Source of the DNA: Bacteroidia bacterium
GTDB lineage: Bacteria; Bacteroidota; Bacteroidia; B-17B0; Aurantibacillaceae
Reading direction: 5' to 3'
Length of the DNA stretch: 64,000 nucleotides
Assembly (NCBI GenBank): GCA_025362575.1
Contig: JANYIQ010000020.1
Coordinates: 14,450-78,449 of the forward strand
A model generated the notes under the pieces. It had not been told where the DNA came from and searched no databases. It saw only the letters and a list, made by a program, of their open reading frames with translations. Shown one piece after another: positions 38,472-47,958 of this stretch; position 1 is the first letter of the stretch, and the number at the start of each line of letters is the position of its first letter. The position numbers and the translations under genes are program-made.

Positions 38472-39173
38472 TTAATTTGTTGAAGAAGTGTTGTTAGGTT
38501 CTTCAATGCTTTCGGAAGTAGATTCTTCTTTCGGAGTGTCAAATACCTCAGCTTTAATGAAACGTTTTTGAAATAATAGAATAACGCCAACTCCGCAGGA
38601 GATGGAAGCGTCAGCAAAATTAAAAATGTGACGGAAGAACTGAAAGGGTTCGCCTCCCCAGAATGGGAACCAATCCGGAAAAGTTCCGTTAATGATCGGG
38701 AAATAAAACATATCTACTACGCGTCCGTGCAAGAAACTCGCGTAACCGCCATCAGACGGCATAAACACAGCTTTGTTAAACTCGTCGCTTTCACTGAATA
38801 AAATTCCGTAAAAAGCACTGTCTAAAATATTTCCTATGGCACCTGCTAAGATCAAAGACACAGAAAAAATAAATCCGGGATGCTCTCCCTTTTTTCCGAT
38901 GTATCGGATGTAAAGAATTCCTCCAATGCTAGCAAGGATCCTGAACACACTTAACATTATTTTTCCGTAATCGCCGCCAAACTCCATTCCAAAGGCCATG
39001 CCGGGGTTTTCGGTAAAGTGTAAAATGAACCAGCTGCCGCAAACACGAACCGCCTCACCCAAAGGATAATTAAGTTTAATGTAAATTTTGATGAACTGGT
39101 CGATGAAGAGAACAAGAAAAACAGTGAGCAGTGGTATTTTATATTTTTGGAGCATCTCTTTTAAATGAAACAA
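38472..39173 (-). CDS. lspA: lipoprotein signal peptidase (signal peptidase II) with C-terminal extension
   Basis: Motifs NPGMAFG, GAIGNILDS, VVDMF and FNFAD. Classic linkage to ileS. Confidence 0.85.
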   Translation of the reverse strand: MFHLKEMLQKYKIPLLTVFLVLFIDQFIKIYIKLNYPLGEAVRVCGSWFILHFTENPGMAFGMEFGGDYGKIMLSVFRILASIGGILYIRYIGKKGEHPGFIFSVSLILAGAIGNILDSAFYGILFSESDEFNKAVFMPSDGGYASFLHGRVVDMFYFPIINGTFPDWFPFWGGEPFQFFRHIFNFADASISCGVGVILLFQKRFIKAEVFDTPKEESTSESIEEPNNTSSTN

Positions 39174-39238
39174 GTGTCAATCCTTTTTTGCTTTTCGGAA
39201 TGACACTTGCTAATGTATGGAACTTTAAAATTTAATTA

Positions 39239-40312
39239 TTATCTGTTTTGACCAAGTTTTGCATCAATGCCTAAAGTAGCGTGTGGCACAGAGCGCAAAC
39301 GTTCTTTCGGAATTAATTTTCCGGTAACACGGCAAATGCCATATGTTTTATTTTCGATGCGCACTAAAGCGTTCTTCAAATTCACAATATATTTTTCCTG
39401 ACGTGAAGCTAACTGTGCAGTTTCTTCTTTCGATAAAACATCAGAGCCATCTTCCAGTAATTTAAAAGTTGGTGATGTATCATCTGTACCATGATTATCT
39501 TCGTTTGATAAAGTTTGCTTCAAAAGATCGTAATCGTTTTGAGCTTCTTTCAATTTATCCAAGATCAAACCTTTGAACTCAGTTAATTCTTTATCGGTAT
39601 AACGTGAGCGGTTATCTTTTGTATTTACAAAAGGTTTTGGCTGCGCTTCTAAACTTTTTTTGATCAACGATTTTGTAATGTCGATCTGTAAAGGACGGTT
39701 ACGAATGTATGCTTCCATGCTTCCGCTTGAAGATTTACCTTCGCTTTTTTTACGGCGGCCTCTTCCTTTTTTAATAGGAACTTCATCATCATCGTCATCA
39801 TCATCCGGTGGTGGAATTTCAGCTTCTCCTTCTAAAATAGCAGGTTCATCAAGGTCTCCAACGATCTCATCATCTTCATCAACTTTTTCGTAATCATCTT
39901 TTACGTCAGCGTCATCATCATCATCGTCATCACCTTTTTTACCGCCTTTTTTTGCTTTGGGAGAAACTTTTGCACCTTTTTTCGAAACGGCATCAATTGG
40001 TTTTCCGGTTAACTTTTTAGGAAGTTCTGCTTTCACAGTTTTTTTAACCTCTGCTTTTTTAGGGGCAACTTTTACAATAGGTTTCTTGCCTGCCGATGGG
40101 GCAGGTTTAGCAACTACTTTTTTTGGAGCTACTTTTTTCAAGGCTTTTTTTGGAGTCGCTTTTTTAACTATCTTTTTAGGAGCAACTTTTTTAGCTGCTT
40201 TTTTCACTGCCTTTTTAGGTGCCGGTTTGTTTGTTTTTTTCACGGGTTTTTTTGAAGCAGTTTTTTTTGCCGGCTTAGCTGCTTTAACTTTCTTTTTATC
40301 TTTCTTAGCCAT
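39239..40312 (-). CDS. DksA/TraR-like protein with long N-terminal histone H1-like (Lys/Ala/Pro) and poly-Asp extension
   Basis: The C-terminal ~120 aa has a DksA-like coiled coil plus YGICRVTGKLIPKERLRSVPHATLGIDAK (only 1 of the 4 canonical Cys). The N-terminal ~195 aa is AKKxxxKK repeats, D7-D8 runs and KKGRGRRKK. Confidence 0.65.
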   Translation of the reverse strand: MAKKDKKKVKAAKPAKKTASKKPVKKTNKPAPKKAVKKAAKKVAPKKIVKKATPKKALKKVAPKKVVAKPAPSAGKKPIVKVAPKKAEVKKTVKAELPKKLTGKPIDAVSKKGAKVSPKAKKGGKKGDDDDDDDADVKDDYEKVDEDDEIVGDLDEPAILEGEAEIPPPDDDDDDDEVPIKKGRGRRKKSEGKSSSGSMEAYIRNRPLQIDITKSLIKKSLEAQPKPFVNTKDNRSRYTDKELTEFKGLILDKLKEAQNDYDLLKQTLSNEDNHGTDDTSPTFKLLEDGSDVLSKEETAQLASRQEKYIVNLKNALVRIENKTYGICRVTGKLIPKERLRSVPHATLGIDAKLGQNR

Positions 40313-40326
40313 CGTTGTGATCTTTA

Positions 40327-43300
40327 TCAGTTTAATTTTTCAATTGAAATTAAGGTCGAAATGGTTTCGTCCACTTCAACTGTATTTGCAGAGGCATTGC
40401 TCAAATTCTGAACTAATTGCAAATCACCGGTTAAAGTTTCCGAGCAAATATAGTTCAAATTATTCTTTATGGCGGCATCCAGGCCCTCATTTTGTTGAAT
40501 TTTAACCAAAATCCTGTCGGTAACGTCAAAACCCTTGTCTTTACGCATGTTCTGGATGCGATTGACTACTTCACGGGCCAAACCTTCCTGTTTTAATGGC
40601 TCTGTTATGGTAACATCCAGAGCAACGGTAATTTGCCCGCTGTTAGCCACTTTCCAGCCCGGAATATCGACCGGAATAATTTCTACATCCTCCGTTTCAA
40701 GACTTATGATCTGCCCTTCGATGCTAACATCAAATTTGCCTGTTTTTTCAATTCCGGAAATAATGGCCGGACCATTTGTTTTAGCAAATTCCTGAACGGC
40801 TTTCATGTTCTTGCCACATTTAGTGCCCAGAGTTTTGAAATTCAGTTTCAGGTTTTTTACGATCTGTGTCTGACTTTCATCCACAAAATTTATTTCCTTA
40901 ATGTTCACTTCCGATAAGATCAGATCTTGTATCGCTTCAATTTTTTGCTGAAACAATTTATCTAAAACAGGAATTTGAATACGTTGCAAAGGCTGACGAA
41001 CTCTTATGTTCTCTTTTTTACGGATCGATAAGATCATGGAAGAAATTTTTTGCGCAAGTTCCATGCGTTCTTCCAAAGCTTTATCCTGATCTTTCTTTTC
41101 AACTTTTACCAGATGGGTCAGGTGCACCGATTCCCATTTCATTGATGAATTATTTTTTATGGCGTTTTCACGTACCGGCAAACTTAAATTCTGATATAAC
41201 CAATCGCCAAAAAATGGAGCAATTGGACTCATTAATTGAGAAACCACCAATAAACATTCGTGTAAGGTTTCGTAAGCAGCTTTTTTATCGGTGCTCATTT
41301 CGCCTTTCCAGAAACGGCGACGTGATAAACGAACGTACCAGTTACTTAAGTGGAGATCAACAAATTCTTCAATGGCGCGGGCTGCACGGTGCGGTTCGTA
41401 GGTCCCGTAATATTCAGTCACGTCTTCAATTAAGGTTTGAAGTTTTGAGATTACCCAACGATCCAATTCACTGCGTTCAGAGACCGGAATTATATTTTTT
41501 TCGTCAATTAAAAAACTATCAACGTTTGCATAAAGTGCATAAAAGCCATAGGTGTTGTAGAGTGTTCCGAATATTTTGCGTTGAACTTCTGAAATTCCAT
41601 CCGCATCAAATTTTAAATTATCCCAAGGCGCAGCATTTGAAACCAAATACCAACGCGTTGCATCTGCTCCAAATTTTTCGATGGTTTCAAAAGGATCAAC
41701 ACCGTTGTTCAAGCGCTTGCTCATTTTGTTGCCATGCTTATCTAGAACCAAACCATTACTGATAACGTTTTTATAGGCAATGGAATCGAAACACATGGTT
41801 GCTATGGCATGCAAAGTAAAGAACCAACCGCGGGTTTGATCAACACCTTCGGCAATAAAATCTGCAGGGAAGGCTGCATCCCCCGCCCTTTGGGCACCCC
41901 CTTTTAAGGGGGACAATCCGTTGTCGATTAAAGATTTATTCTCGAAAGGGTAGTGCAGTTGCGCATAAGGCATGGCACCCGAATCGAACCATACGTCGAT
42001 CAGATCAGGTTCGCGGAATAGTTTCTTCCCGTTCTTTTCCAAAACAATTGTATCGGCGTAAGGCTTGTGAAGGTCGAACGTATCGTAATTTGTTTTTGAG
42101 TTATCGCCAACTTTAAATTGCGCAAGCGGATTCGTTTGCATGAATCCTTTTGCAACTGAATTTTCAATTTGTTTTTTTAATTCTTCAACACTTCCAATTA
42201 CAATTTGTTCTAATGAATCTTCGCTGGTCCAAATTGGAATAGGAATACCCCAAAAGCGTGAACGCGACAAATTCCAATCATTCAAATTCTCTAACCAGTT
42301 TCCAAAGCGGCCGGTGCCGGTTGATTCAGGTTTCCAGTTAATGGTTTTGTTTAATGCGATCATGCGATCTTTAGCTTCAGTAGATTTGATGAACCACGAA
42401 TCTAAAGGATAATAGAGAACGGGCTTGTCGGTTCTCCAGCAATGCGGATAGCTGTGTTCGTATGTTTCTTTTTTAAAGAGTTTGCCTTCTTCCTGTAATT
42501 TAAGAACAATGCGTTCATCAACACTGAGGTAAGCTTTTAGTTCTTTGATCTTTCCGGCAGCCTCTAAAATTTTCTTCTGCTTTTCGAATTCTGTTTTCTT
42601 TTCTTCTTCGGTCAAATAAGCTTCTTTCACGTATTCTTCTCCGTAAAGGAAAACGCCGTCTTTAACTTGTGATAGGAATTTGCCACGTTCATCAACTAGT
42701 GGTTTTTGTTTTTCAACTCCGTTTTCAATTACGGTAACAATACCAGTTGAGATTCCGTTAATAACTGCGACTTTAAAATCATCAGCGCCGAAAGTTGGAG
42801 CTATATGAACTACGCCAGTTCCATCTTCGGTGGTAACAAAGTTACCCGGAATTACCTCAAAAGCTTTTCGTTGGGGTGGAAGAAAAGGCAACAGTGGCAC
42901 GTATTTAATGCCAACAAGTTCAGAACCTTTGCAATGGTCAACAATTTTGAAAGGAATATTTTTGTCTCCTGGTTTGTAATCTTCAAACTTTAGGTCAGTA
43001 TGTTTTTCTGAGAAATATTTATTAACCAGATCTTTTGCTAAAATAACGGTCTGAGGTTTACCGCTGAATGGATTGAATGATTTTACAAAAACATAATCAA
43101 TGTCTTTTCCAACTGCTAAAGCTGTATTGGAAGGTAGCGTCCAAGGAGTGGTGGTCCAAGCTAAAATATAAAGATCGCCCTTAACTTTAAATTTGGTACC
43201 ATAACTATCGGGATGAACTTTGAATTGAACGGTTGCCGTTCTATCTTTCACATCTCTATAGCATCCGGGCTGATTTAATTCGTGCGAACTTAATCCTGTA

Positions 43301-43884
43301 CCCGCCGCCGGAGAGTATGGCTGAATGGTATAACCTTTGTACAATAAATTTTTCTCGTGCAAATTATTAAGCAGCCACCAAACACTTTCAATGTATTTGT
43401 TTTCGTAAGTGATGTAAGGGTTTTGCATGTCTACCCAGTAACCCATTTTCGAAGTAACTTCTTCCCACTTATCGGTGTATTTCATTACCTCTTTACGGCA
43501 GGCTTTGTTGTAATCTTCAACCGAGATATATTTTGCAGAATTTTTATTTCCGATATCTTCTTTGGTGATACCTAAACTTTTTTCCACACCAAGTTCTATT
43601 GGCAAACCGTGAGTATCCCAACCGGCTTTACGTTTTACCTGAAAGCCTTGTAAGGTTTTGTAGCGGCAAAAAATATCTTTAATTGCGCGGGCCATAACGT
43701 GGTGTATGCCGGGCATACCGTTTGCGCTTGGGGGACCTTCATAAAACACAAATGGTTTTGCGCCTTCGCGCGTAGTAACCGATTTATCAAAGGTGTCGTT
43801 CTCTTTCCAGAATTGTAAAATGTCTTTACTGATCTGTGAAAGATTGAGTGCTGTATATGTTTTGTACTTGTTCATGAGTTCCAA
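40327..43884 (-). CDS. ileS: isoleucine-tRNA ligase (long, type 2 form)
   Basis: HIGH-type motif PSANGMPGIHHV, KMSKR motif GNKMSKRL, editing-domain insertion. 1185 aa. Confidence 0.95.
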   Translation of the reverse strand: MELMNKYKTYTALNLSQISKDILQFWKENDTFDKSVTTREGAKPFVFYEGPPSANGMPGIHHVMARAIKDIFCRYKTLQGFQVKRKAGWDTHGLPIELGVEKSLGITKEDIGNKNSAKYISVEDYNKACRKEVMKYTDKWEEVTSKMGYWVDMQNPYITYENKYIESVWWLLNNLHEKNLLYKGYTIQPYSPAAGTGLSSHELNQPGCYRDVKDRTATVQFKVHPDSYGTKFKVKGDLYILAWTTTPWTLPSNTALAVGKDIDYVFVKSFNPFSGKPQTVILAKDLVNKYFSEKHTDLKFEDYKPGDKNIPFKIVDHCKGSELVGIKYVPLLPFLPPQRKAFEVIPGNFVTTEDGTGVVHIAPTFGADDFKVAVINGISTGIVTVIENGVEKQKPLVDERGKFLSQVKDGVFLYGEEYVKEAYLTEEEKKTEFEKQKKILEAAGKIKELKAYLSVDERIVLKLQEEGKLFKKETYEHSYPHCWRTDKPVLYYPLDSWFIKSTEAKDRMIALNKTINWKPESTGTGRFGNWLENLNDWNLSRSRFWGIPIPIWTSEDSLEQIVIGSVEELKKQIENSVAKGFMQTNPLAQFKVGDNSKTNYDTFDLHKPYADTIVLEKNGKKLFREPDLIDVWFDSGAMPYAQLHYPFENKSLIDNGLSPLKGGAQRAGDAAFPADFIAEGVDQTRGWFFTLHAIATMCFDSIAYKNVISNGLVLDKHGNKMSKRLNNGVDPFETIEKFGADATRWYLVSNAAPWDNLKFDADGISEVQRKIFGTLYNTYGFYALYANVDSFLIDEKNIIPVSERSELDRWVISKLQTLIEDVTEYYGTYEPHRAARAIEEFVDLHLSNWYVRLSRRRFWKGEMSTDKKAAYETLHECLLVVSQLMSPIAPFFGDWLYQNLSLPVRENAIKNNSSMKWESVHLTHLVKVEKKDQDKALEERMELAQKISSMILSIRKKENIRVRQPLQRIQIPVLDKLFQQKIEAIQDLILSEVNIKEINFVDESQTQIVKNLKLNFKTLGTKCGKNMKAVQEFAKTNGPAIISGIEKTGKFDVSIEGQIISLETEDVEIIPVDIPGWKVANSGQITVALDVTITEPLKQEGLAREVVNRIQNMRKDKGFDVTDRILVKIQQNEGLDAAIKNNLNYICSETLTGDLQLVQNLSNASANTVEVDETISTLISIEKLN

Positions 43885-43971
43885 AAAAGGAAGACGAATT
43901 TAGTAAAAAAAGGAGAAGTTTTGCACGATATTATTTGAAAATAGGAGCATAATTGAGTAAATTTATAGGAA

Positions 43972-45009
43972 ATGCCCCTGAAACCGAGTTTTACATACTT
44001 TTTGCTTGCAGTAATGCTTCATTTGGTCGGATTTTCGCAAGAAAAATTGGTCTTGAATGATAGTACGAAGTTAGAAGTGAATGTCACCGAAGTAGGAGAG
44101 AGTTATGTAAAGTATAAATTGGTTAACAATCCAAATGGCCCTTTATATACTATTGATAAGACTGATTTGGTCAGAATTACATATAAAAATGGTCTAACTG
44201 ATGTGTTTGTTAAAACAAACCCAATAATTCAACCCTCATTTGAACCTACTGCTAACGAAAAGAAACCAAGGAGTGAGCAAAGATTAAACGATTGGTTATG
44301 GTTTAATATTGATGCTGGAATGGCATTCTACCAGAGTTTTAACTTTGTGCCAAATAAACTTGTGTTGGTGGATGATCAACATGATCACGAAGAATTTAAA
44401 CGGAATTCAAAAAGCGGGCAGAATCTTGGTGTCCCATATTTCGGATTGAATTTTATGTGTGGAAATAATAATAAAATAAAGCATTTGATTGGTATATCGT
44501 ATATGAATGTGATAACAAATTACGATTACAGTAAATCATCAAGTTATTATCATGGCCGATTTTCCGGAACATTTTTATCGGTCATGGGAAACTATCATAT
44601 AGTCAACTTAAACAACGGGCTTGATTTTAAATTAGGGAAAAAGTTAAACTTATGTTTGGTAAACTCTATAAGCTTTAATGCTCGAAGTACTACAATAACA
44701 AATGGATATTCAATTCAACAGGAAGCTATCAACACCTCTACTGTTTCTTCAAGTAATTCGGTTTGGATTACACAAACCAATGATTCAACTCCATACGTAA
44801 ATATTAAATCGGAAGGTACAGGTGGGAGGGCTTTATTTTCATTCCAAATAAAAATGAATTACGATTTTAGATTAAAAGAAAATGTTTTCGGAGCTTATGT
44901 TTTGGGAAATTATGCACTGTTTAACCGCTTAACCTATTGGTCTTTTGGACTTACCTGGTATCCTTTTAAAAAACTCAGAAAAGGATTTGTAAATACTATT
45001 GGAAACTAA
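43972..45009 (+). CDS. hypothetical secreted/outer-membrane protein with N-terminal domain shared with 45006-46016
   Basis: Signal peptide. N-domain KLEVNVTEVGESYVKYKLVNNPNGPLYTIDKTDLVRITYKNG. The C-terminal part is rich in alternating aromatic/polar residues, suggesting a beta-barrel. Confidence 0.5.
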   Translation: MPLKPSFTYFLLAVMLHLVGFSQEKLVLNDSTKLEVNVTEVGESYVKYKLVNNPNGPLYTIDKTDLVRITYKNGLTDVFVKTNPIIQPSFEPTANEKKPRSEQRLNDWLWFNIDAGMAFYQSFNFVPNKLVLVDDQHDHEEFKRNSKSGQNLGVPYFGLNFMCGNNNKIKHLIGISYMNVITNYDYSKSSSYYHGRFSGTFLSVMGNYHIVNLNNGLDFKLGKKLNLCLVNSISFNARSTTITNGYSIQQEAINTSTVSSSNSVWITQTNDSTPYVNIKSEGTGGRALFSFQIKMNYDFRLKENVFGAYVLGNYALFNRLTYWSFGLTWYPFKKLRKGFVNTIGN

Positions 45010-46016
45010 AACCTATAACCAAAACAAAAGCCAAACTGTGCGGCAGGTGTATTCGTTGAGCTGGTGCTTGGATAATAACCATTGCTATTAGGTATTATTG
45101 CTTTTGCAGGGTCACCCGAAATATAGTTGCGACTTGTTACTATGCCAACCGCTATGTTCATCATGATATTAAAATGAGGTGTTAAGCGGTATAAAAAACC
45201 GTTATTAAGCATAGCATAAGTTTGATTTAAAGTAAAATTATGGTTCTCTGCTATGTACGATGAGTAATAGCTCGAATTAGGCTGCCAAACATTGATCTGG
45301 TAAGACCCATTAAATTGCGCCATGCGAAATAGGGGCCCAATGAAATGTGTAATGGCTCTTTTCCCGCTGGTGTTCACGTAAATTCCCAAACCAACATCGT
45401 ATGCTTTTCGGTTCAATTTGTAATTGCTGACACCGTATGTATTGTAGGAGCCGAAAATCCCATTAAAATTAATGGTAGGATCACCTATTGAGAACGACAA
45501 AGGCACGTGAACATCAATGGTGTTGTGTAAAAATTCGTGAAGGTAATCAAATCCTAAACTGACGTTGAGTAATTCAACACTGTTGATGAAAAGCACATTT
45601 TTTGGTTTGGTAACTTCTTCATAATGCTTTACTTTTTGCATTTCTTTTTTTATAAAAAAAGAATCTATGCCGCTGCTAACATAGGGCGGACTAACATAAA
45701 CCGGAACCTGCACAGGCACTGTTTCTGAGGTTTTAAAAGCTTCATGCTCGCCGTTCTTGTATATGATCAAAGCCACTTCGCTTTTAGAAATAATGTATAA
45801 TGGACCATCGGCATTCGAAAATAATTTGTACTTAACTTCGGTAGGAGTGATCTCTAAAATTTTTACTTCGAGTTTCGCGTTATCTTTTTTGAAAAGCTGA
45901 TCTTGTGAAAGCGCAATATTGAAACAAAATAATGTGAATATTAAAATTTTTATTTTCATGATATTGCTTTTTAACTGTAACGTTAAAATTAGACTTTTAG
46001 TTTGGTTTTCAGGCAA
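45006..46016 (-). CDS. hypothetical outer-membrane beta-barrel-like protein, paralogous N-domain
   Basis: Signal peptide. N-domain KLEVKILEITPTEVKYKLFSNADGPLYIISKSEVALIIYKNG. C-terminal FGFCFGYRF ends in Phe, as in OM beta-barrels. Confidence 0.5.
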   Translation of the reverse strand: MPENQTKSLILTLQLKSNIMKIKILIFTLFCFNIALSQDQLFKKDNAKLEVKILEITPTEVKYKLFSNADGPLYIISKSEVALIIYKNGEHEAFKTSETVPVQVPVYVSPPYVSSGIDSFFIKKEMQKVKHYEEVTKPKNVLFINSVELLNVSLGFDYLHEFLHNTIDVHVPLSFSIGDPTINFNGIFGSYNTYGVSNYKLNRKAYDVGLGIYVNTSGKRAITHFIGPLFRMAQFNGSYQINVWQPNSSYYSSYIAENHNFTLNQTYAMLNNGFLYRLTPHFNIMMNIAVGIVTSRNYISGDPAKAIIPNSNGYYPSTSSTNTPAAQFGFCFGYRF

Positions 46017-46184
46017 TTATTATCATCTTCACCGATATATACCCAAATTCACAGATTGTTTAACTACATGATAAACAAGATAATACAATCTTTTGTTTTC
46101 TGAAATGCTCAATTTGATTAAACCTTGGTTCATTATTTGAGTCAAACACTGGCTGACTAATTTTAAATCAATAAAAATAAGAAT

Positions 46185-46976
46185 ATGAAAAAATCAATTA
46201 CTCTTTTAGCGTTTGCAGTAAATGCTTTATTGTTGAACGCACAAGAAAATAATACCTGGAGATTAGGAGTGCAATCCGGATTTCAGGGAAATCATTCAAA
46301 ATTTGTTGGTGGTATGGATCATGCGAATGCCCGTTTTCATCAGAACAAATTTGGTTCGAATGGATTTAGTTTGATTGCGCGTTATGATATCAATAAACAC
46401 TGGATGCTTACAACCGGGATGGCTGTTGGTTCAACAGGATTTGAATTCGCTATTGCCGAAGATTATTCTTTTTTAAGCAGGGCGCCGCGTTTCACAACTG
46501 TAAAAGCAAAAGTTCCTACTTTCGAAATTCCTTTAATGGCTTCTTATAAATTCAATCCTAATTGTAAAAATTGGCGTTGGTTTGTAAGTGGCGGGGTTGC
46601 CAATGTTTTTGTTGGTCAGCAAACTATTTCCGAGTCGGCAAGTCAGAGTAATGATGGACCATCAACAACAAATTACTTAAGCAGCAATGTTACTTCAAAT
46701 GCCGGAAATTACATTCAGGCGCGTTGGGCTGTTGGCCGCGAAAAAACATTTAACCGCGGTAGTATTTTAAGTGTATCCTTAATTGCTAATCATGGTTTTT
46801 CTGAGATGTCTCACGCTACAGTTAACTATACCATCGACGGGCAATCTTATAATCACGAATTCAGTAACAGAGGAAATTATGTGGGATTAAGAGTTGCTTA
46901 TTTCTTTAAGCCATTTACAAATCCATGGAAGAACGTTAAGAATAGTTCTTCGGCACCAAAAGCAACGGCTCAATAA
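46185..46976 (+). CDS. putative outer-membrane beta-barrel protein
   Basis: Signal peptide ending NAQ, alternating beta-strand pattern, YVGLRVAYFFKPF near the C-terminus. Confidence 0.5.
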   Translation: MKKSITLLAFAVNALLLNAQENNTWRLGVQSGFQGNHSKFVGGMDHANARFHQNKFGSNGFSLIARYDINKHWMLTTGMAVGSTGFEFAIAEDYSFLSRAPRFTTVKAKVPTFEIPLMASYKFNPNCKNWRWFVSGGVANVFVGQQTISESASQSNDGPSTTNYLSSNVTSNAGNYIQARWAVGREKTFNRGSILSVSLIANHGFSEMSHATVNYTIDGQSYNHEFSNRGNYVGLRVAYFFKPFTNPWKNVKNSSSAPKATAQ

Positions 46977-46990
46977 AATTTATTTTGTTC

Positions 46991-47017
46991 AGCCCGTTGG
47001 AAATTTTCCTACGGGCT
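46991..47017. terminator. hairpin between convergent genes (possible bidirectional terminator)
   Basis: AGCCCGTTGGAA-ATT-TTCCTACGGGCT, an 11-bp stem with one T-T mismatch. No clear T-tract on either side. Confidence 0.35.
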
Positions 47018-47029
47018 AAATGAAAAGGG

Positions 47030-47467
47030 TCAGTGCTTTGAGTGCTGGCCTTTTTTTACAACATTTTTGTCGATCTGAACTGTAACGTTAAGAGGATCGA
47101 TCGTGTAGGATTCGCCTGTGGTTTTATGTTCCACAACAATGTCCTTAAAAGCAATATGACAATTTTTTTCAAGCGTTACAAAAAACGCTTTCATCTCATC
47201 ATTGAACTCACTTCCCTTAAAAGCATCGTTGGTCATTCGCTTGTCGTAATTCACAAAAAAAACGTACGACACGATCTTGTATTTTGCTGCACTATCGCCT
47301 TCTAAGAGGAGGCCATTTAATTTTGCAATAGAATCCTGGGCAATTGTTTTTTCTAAGGATAAACCTTTTAAAACAGCCGACACCTCGGTATCAGCAATAA
47401 CAGCTTGTTTTTGTGCCGATAAGGTTACTACAGCAAAAACAAAAAATAAAATAATTAGTTTTCTCAT
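47030..47467 (-). CDS. small secreted hypothetical protein
   Basis: 145 aa with a signal peptide (MRKLIILFFVFAVVTLSAQ). No motif recognised. Confidence 0.5.
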   Translation of the reverse strand: MRKLIILFFVFAVVTLSAQKQAVIADTEVSAVLKGLSLEKTIAQDSIAKLNGLLLEGDSAAKYKIVSYVFFVNYDKRMTNDAFKGSEFNDEMKAFFVTLEKNCHIAFKDIVVEHKTTGESYTIDPLNVTVQIDKNVVKKGQHSKH

Positions 47468-47469
47468 AT

Positions 47470-47895
47470 CTAATCTATTGTAGCCATCACTTTTAATTCA
47501 ATGGCAATTGGAGTTGGTAAACAATTTATTTCGATTGTAGTTCTGCAAGGCGGATTTTCTTTAAAGTATTCGGCCCAGATCTTATTGTATTTCGGAAAAT
47601 CATCTTTCATGTTGGTCAGGAAAACAGTTACATCAACAATTTTATTCCAGTTGCTTCCTGCATCTTCCAGAATATATTTAATGTTGCGAAATACGCTGTG
47701 GCATTGCGCTTCAATATCGTAACTCACAATGTTTCCTTTTTCATCTAACTCCACACCCGGAATTTTTTTAGTGCCTCTTTCGCGCGGACCAACACCGCTT
47801 AAAAACAAAAAGTTACCTACGCGGCGTGCATGCGGATATAATCCTACAGGCTCCGGAGCCTTGCTTGAATCGATTTTTGTACTGTCTGTGCTCAT
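47470..47895 (-). CDS. ridA: RidA/YjgF-family reactive-intermediate deaminase
   Basis: PVGLYPHARRVGNFLFLSG...RTTIEINCLP pattern. Start moved to the ATG ending at 47895 (MSTDSTK), because the 38 upstream codons look non-coding. Confidence 0.8.
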   Translation of the reverse strand: MSTDSTKIDSSKAPEPVGLYPHARRVGNFLFLSGVGPRERGTKKIPGVELDEKGNIVSYDIEAQCHSVFRNIKYILEDAGSNWNKIVDVTVFLTNMKDDFPKYNKIWAEYFKENPPCRTTIEINCLPTPIAIELKVMATID

Positions 47896-47958
47896 ATAAA
47901 AATAAGTATAAGCAAAGATAGAATTATTAATATAAATTTGTACTGTTAATTTTAAGAG

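Noticed and set aside
39957-40505. 182-aa plus-strand ORF opposite the DksA-like gene, and a 77-aa ORF at 39660-39893
   Set aside because: These are antisense shadows of the Lys/Asp-repeat coding sequence (poly-Phe/Leu/Ser translation). They have no independent support.
41142-41762. 206-aa plus-strand ORF inside ileS, plus similar antisense or alternate-frame ORFs inside rimO, the K+ channel gene, pntA/B, KS, fabG, TAL, atpA, queA and the ABC-2 permease (e.g. 7852-8259, 9608-9958, 18424-18837, 21545-21877, 22776-23138, 51004-51471)
   Set aside because: Each lies fully within a strongly supported conserved gene on the other strand or frame, and the translations have odd composition. They are treated as shadow ORFs.
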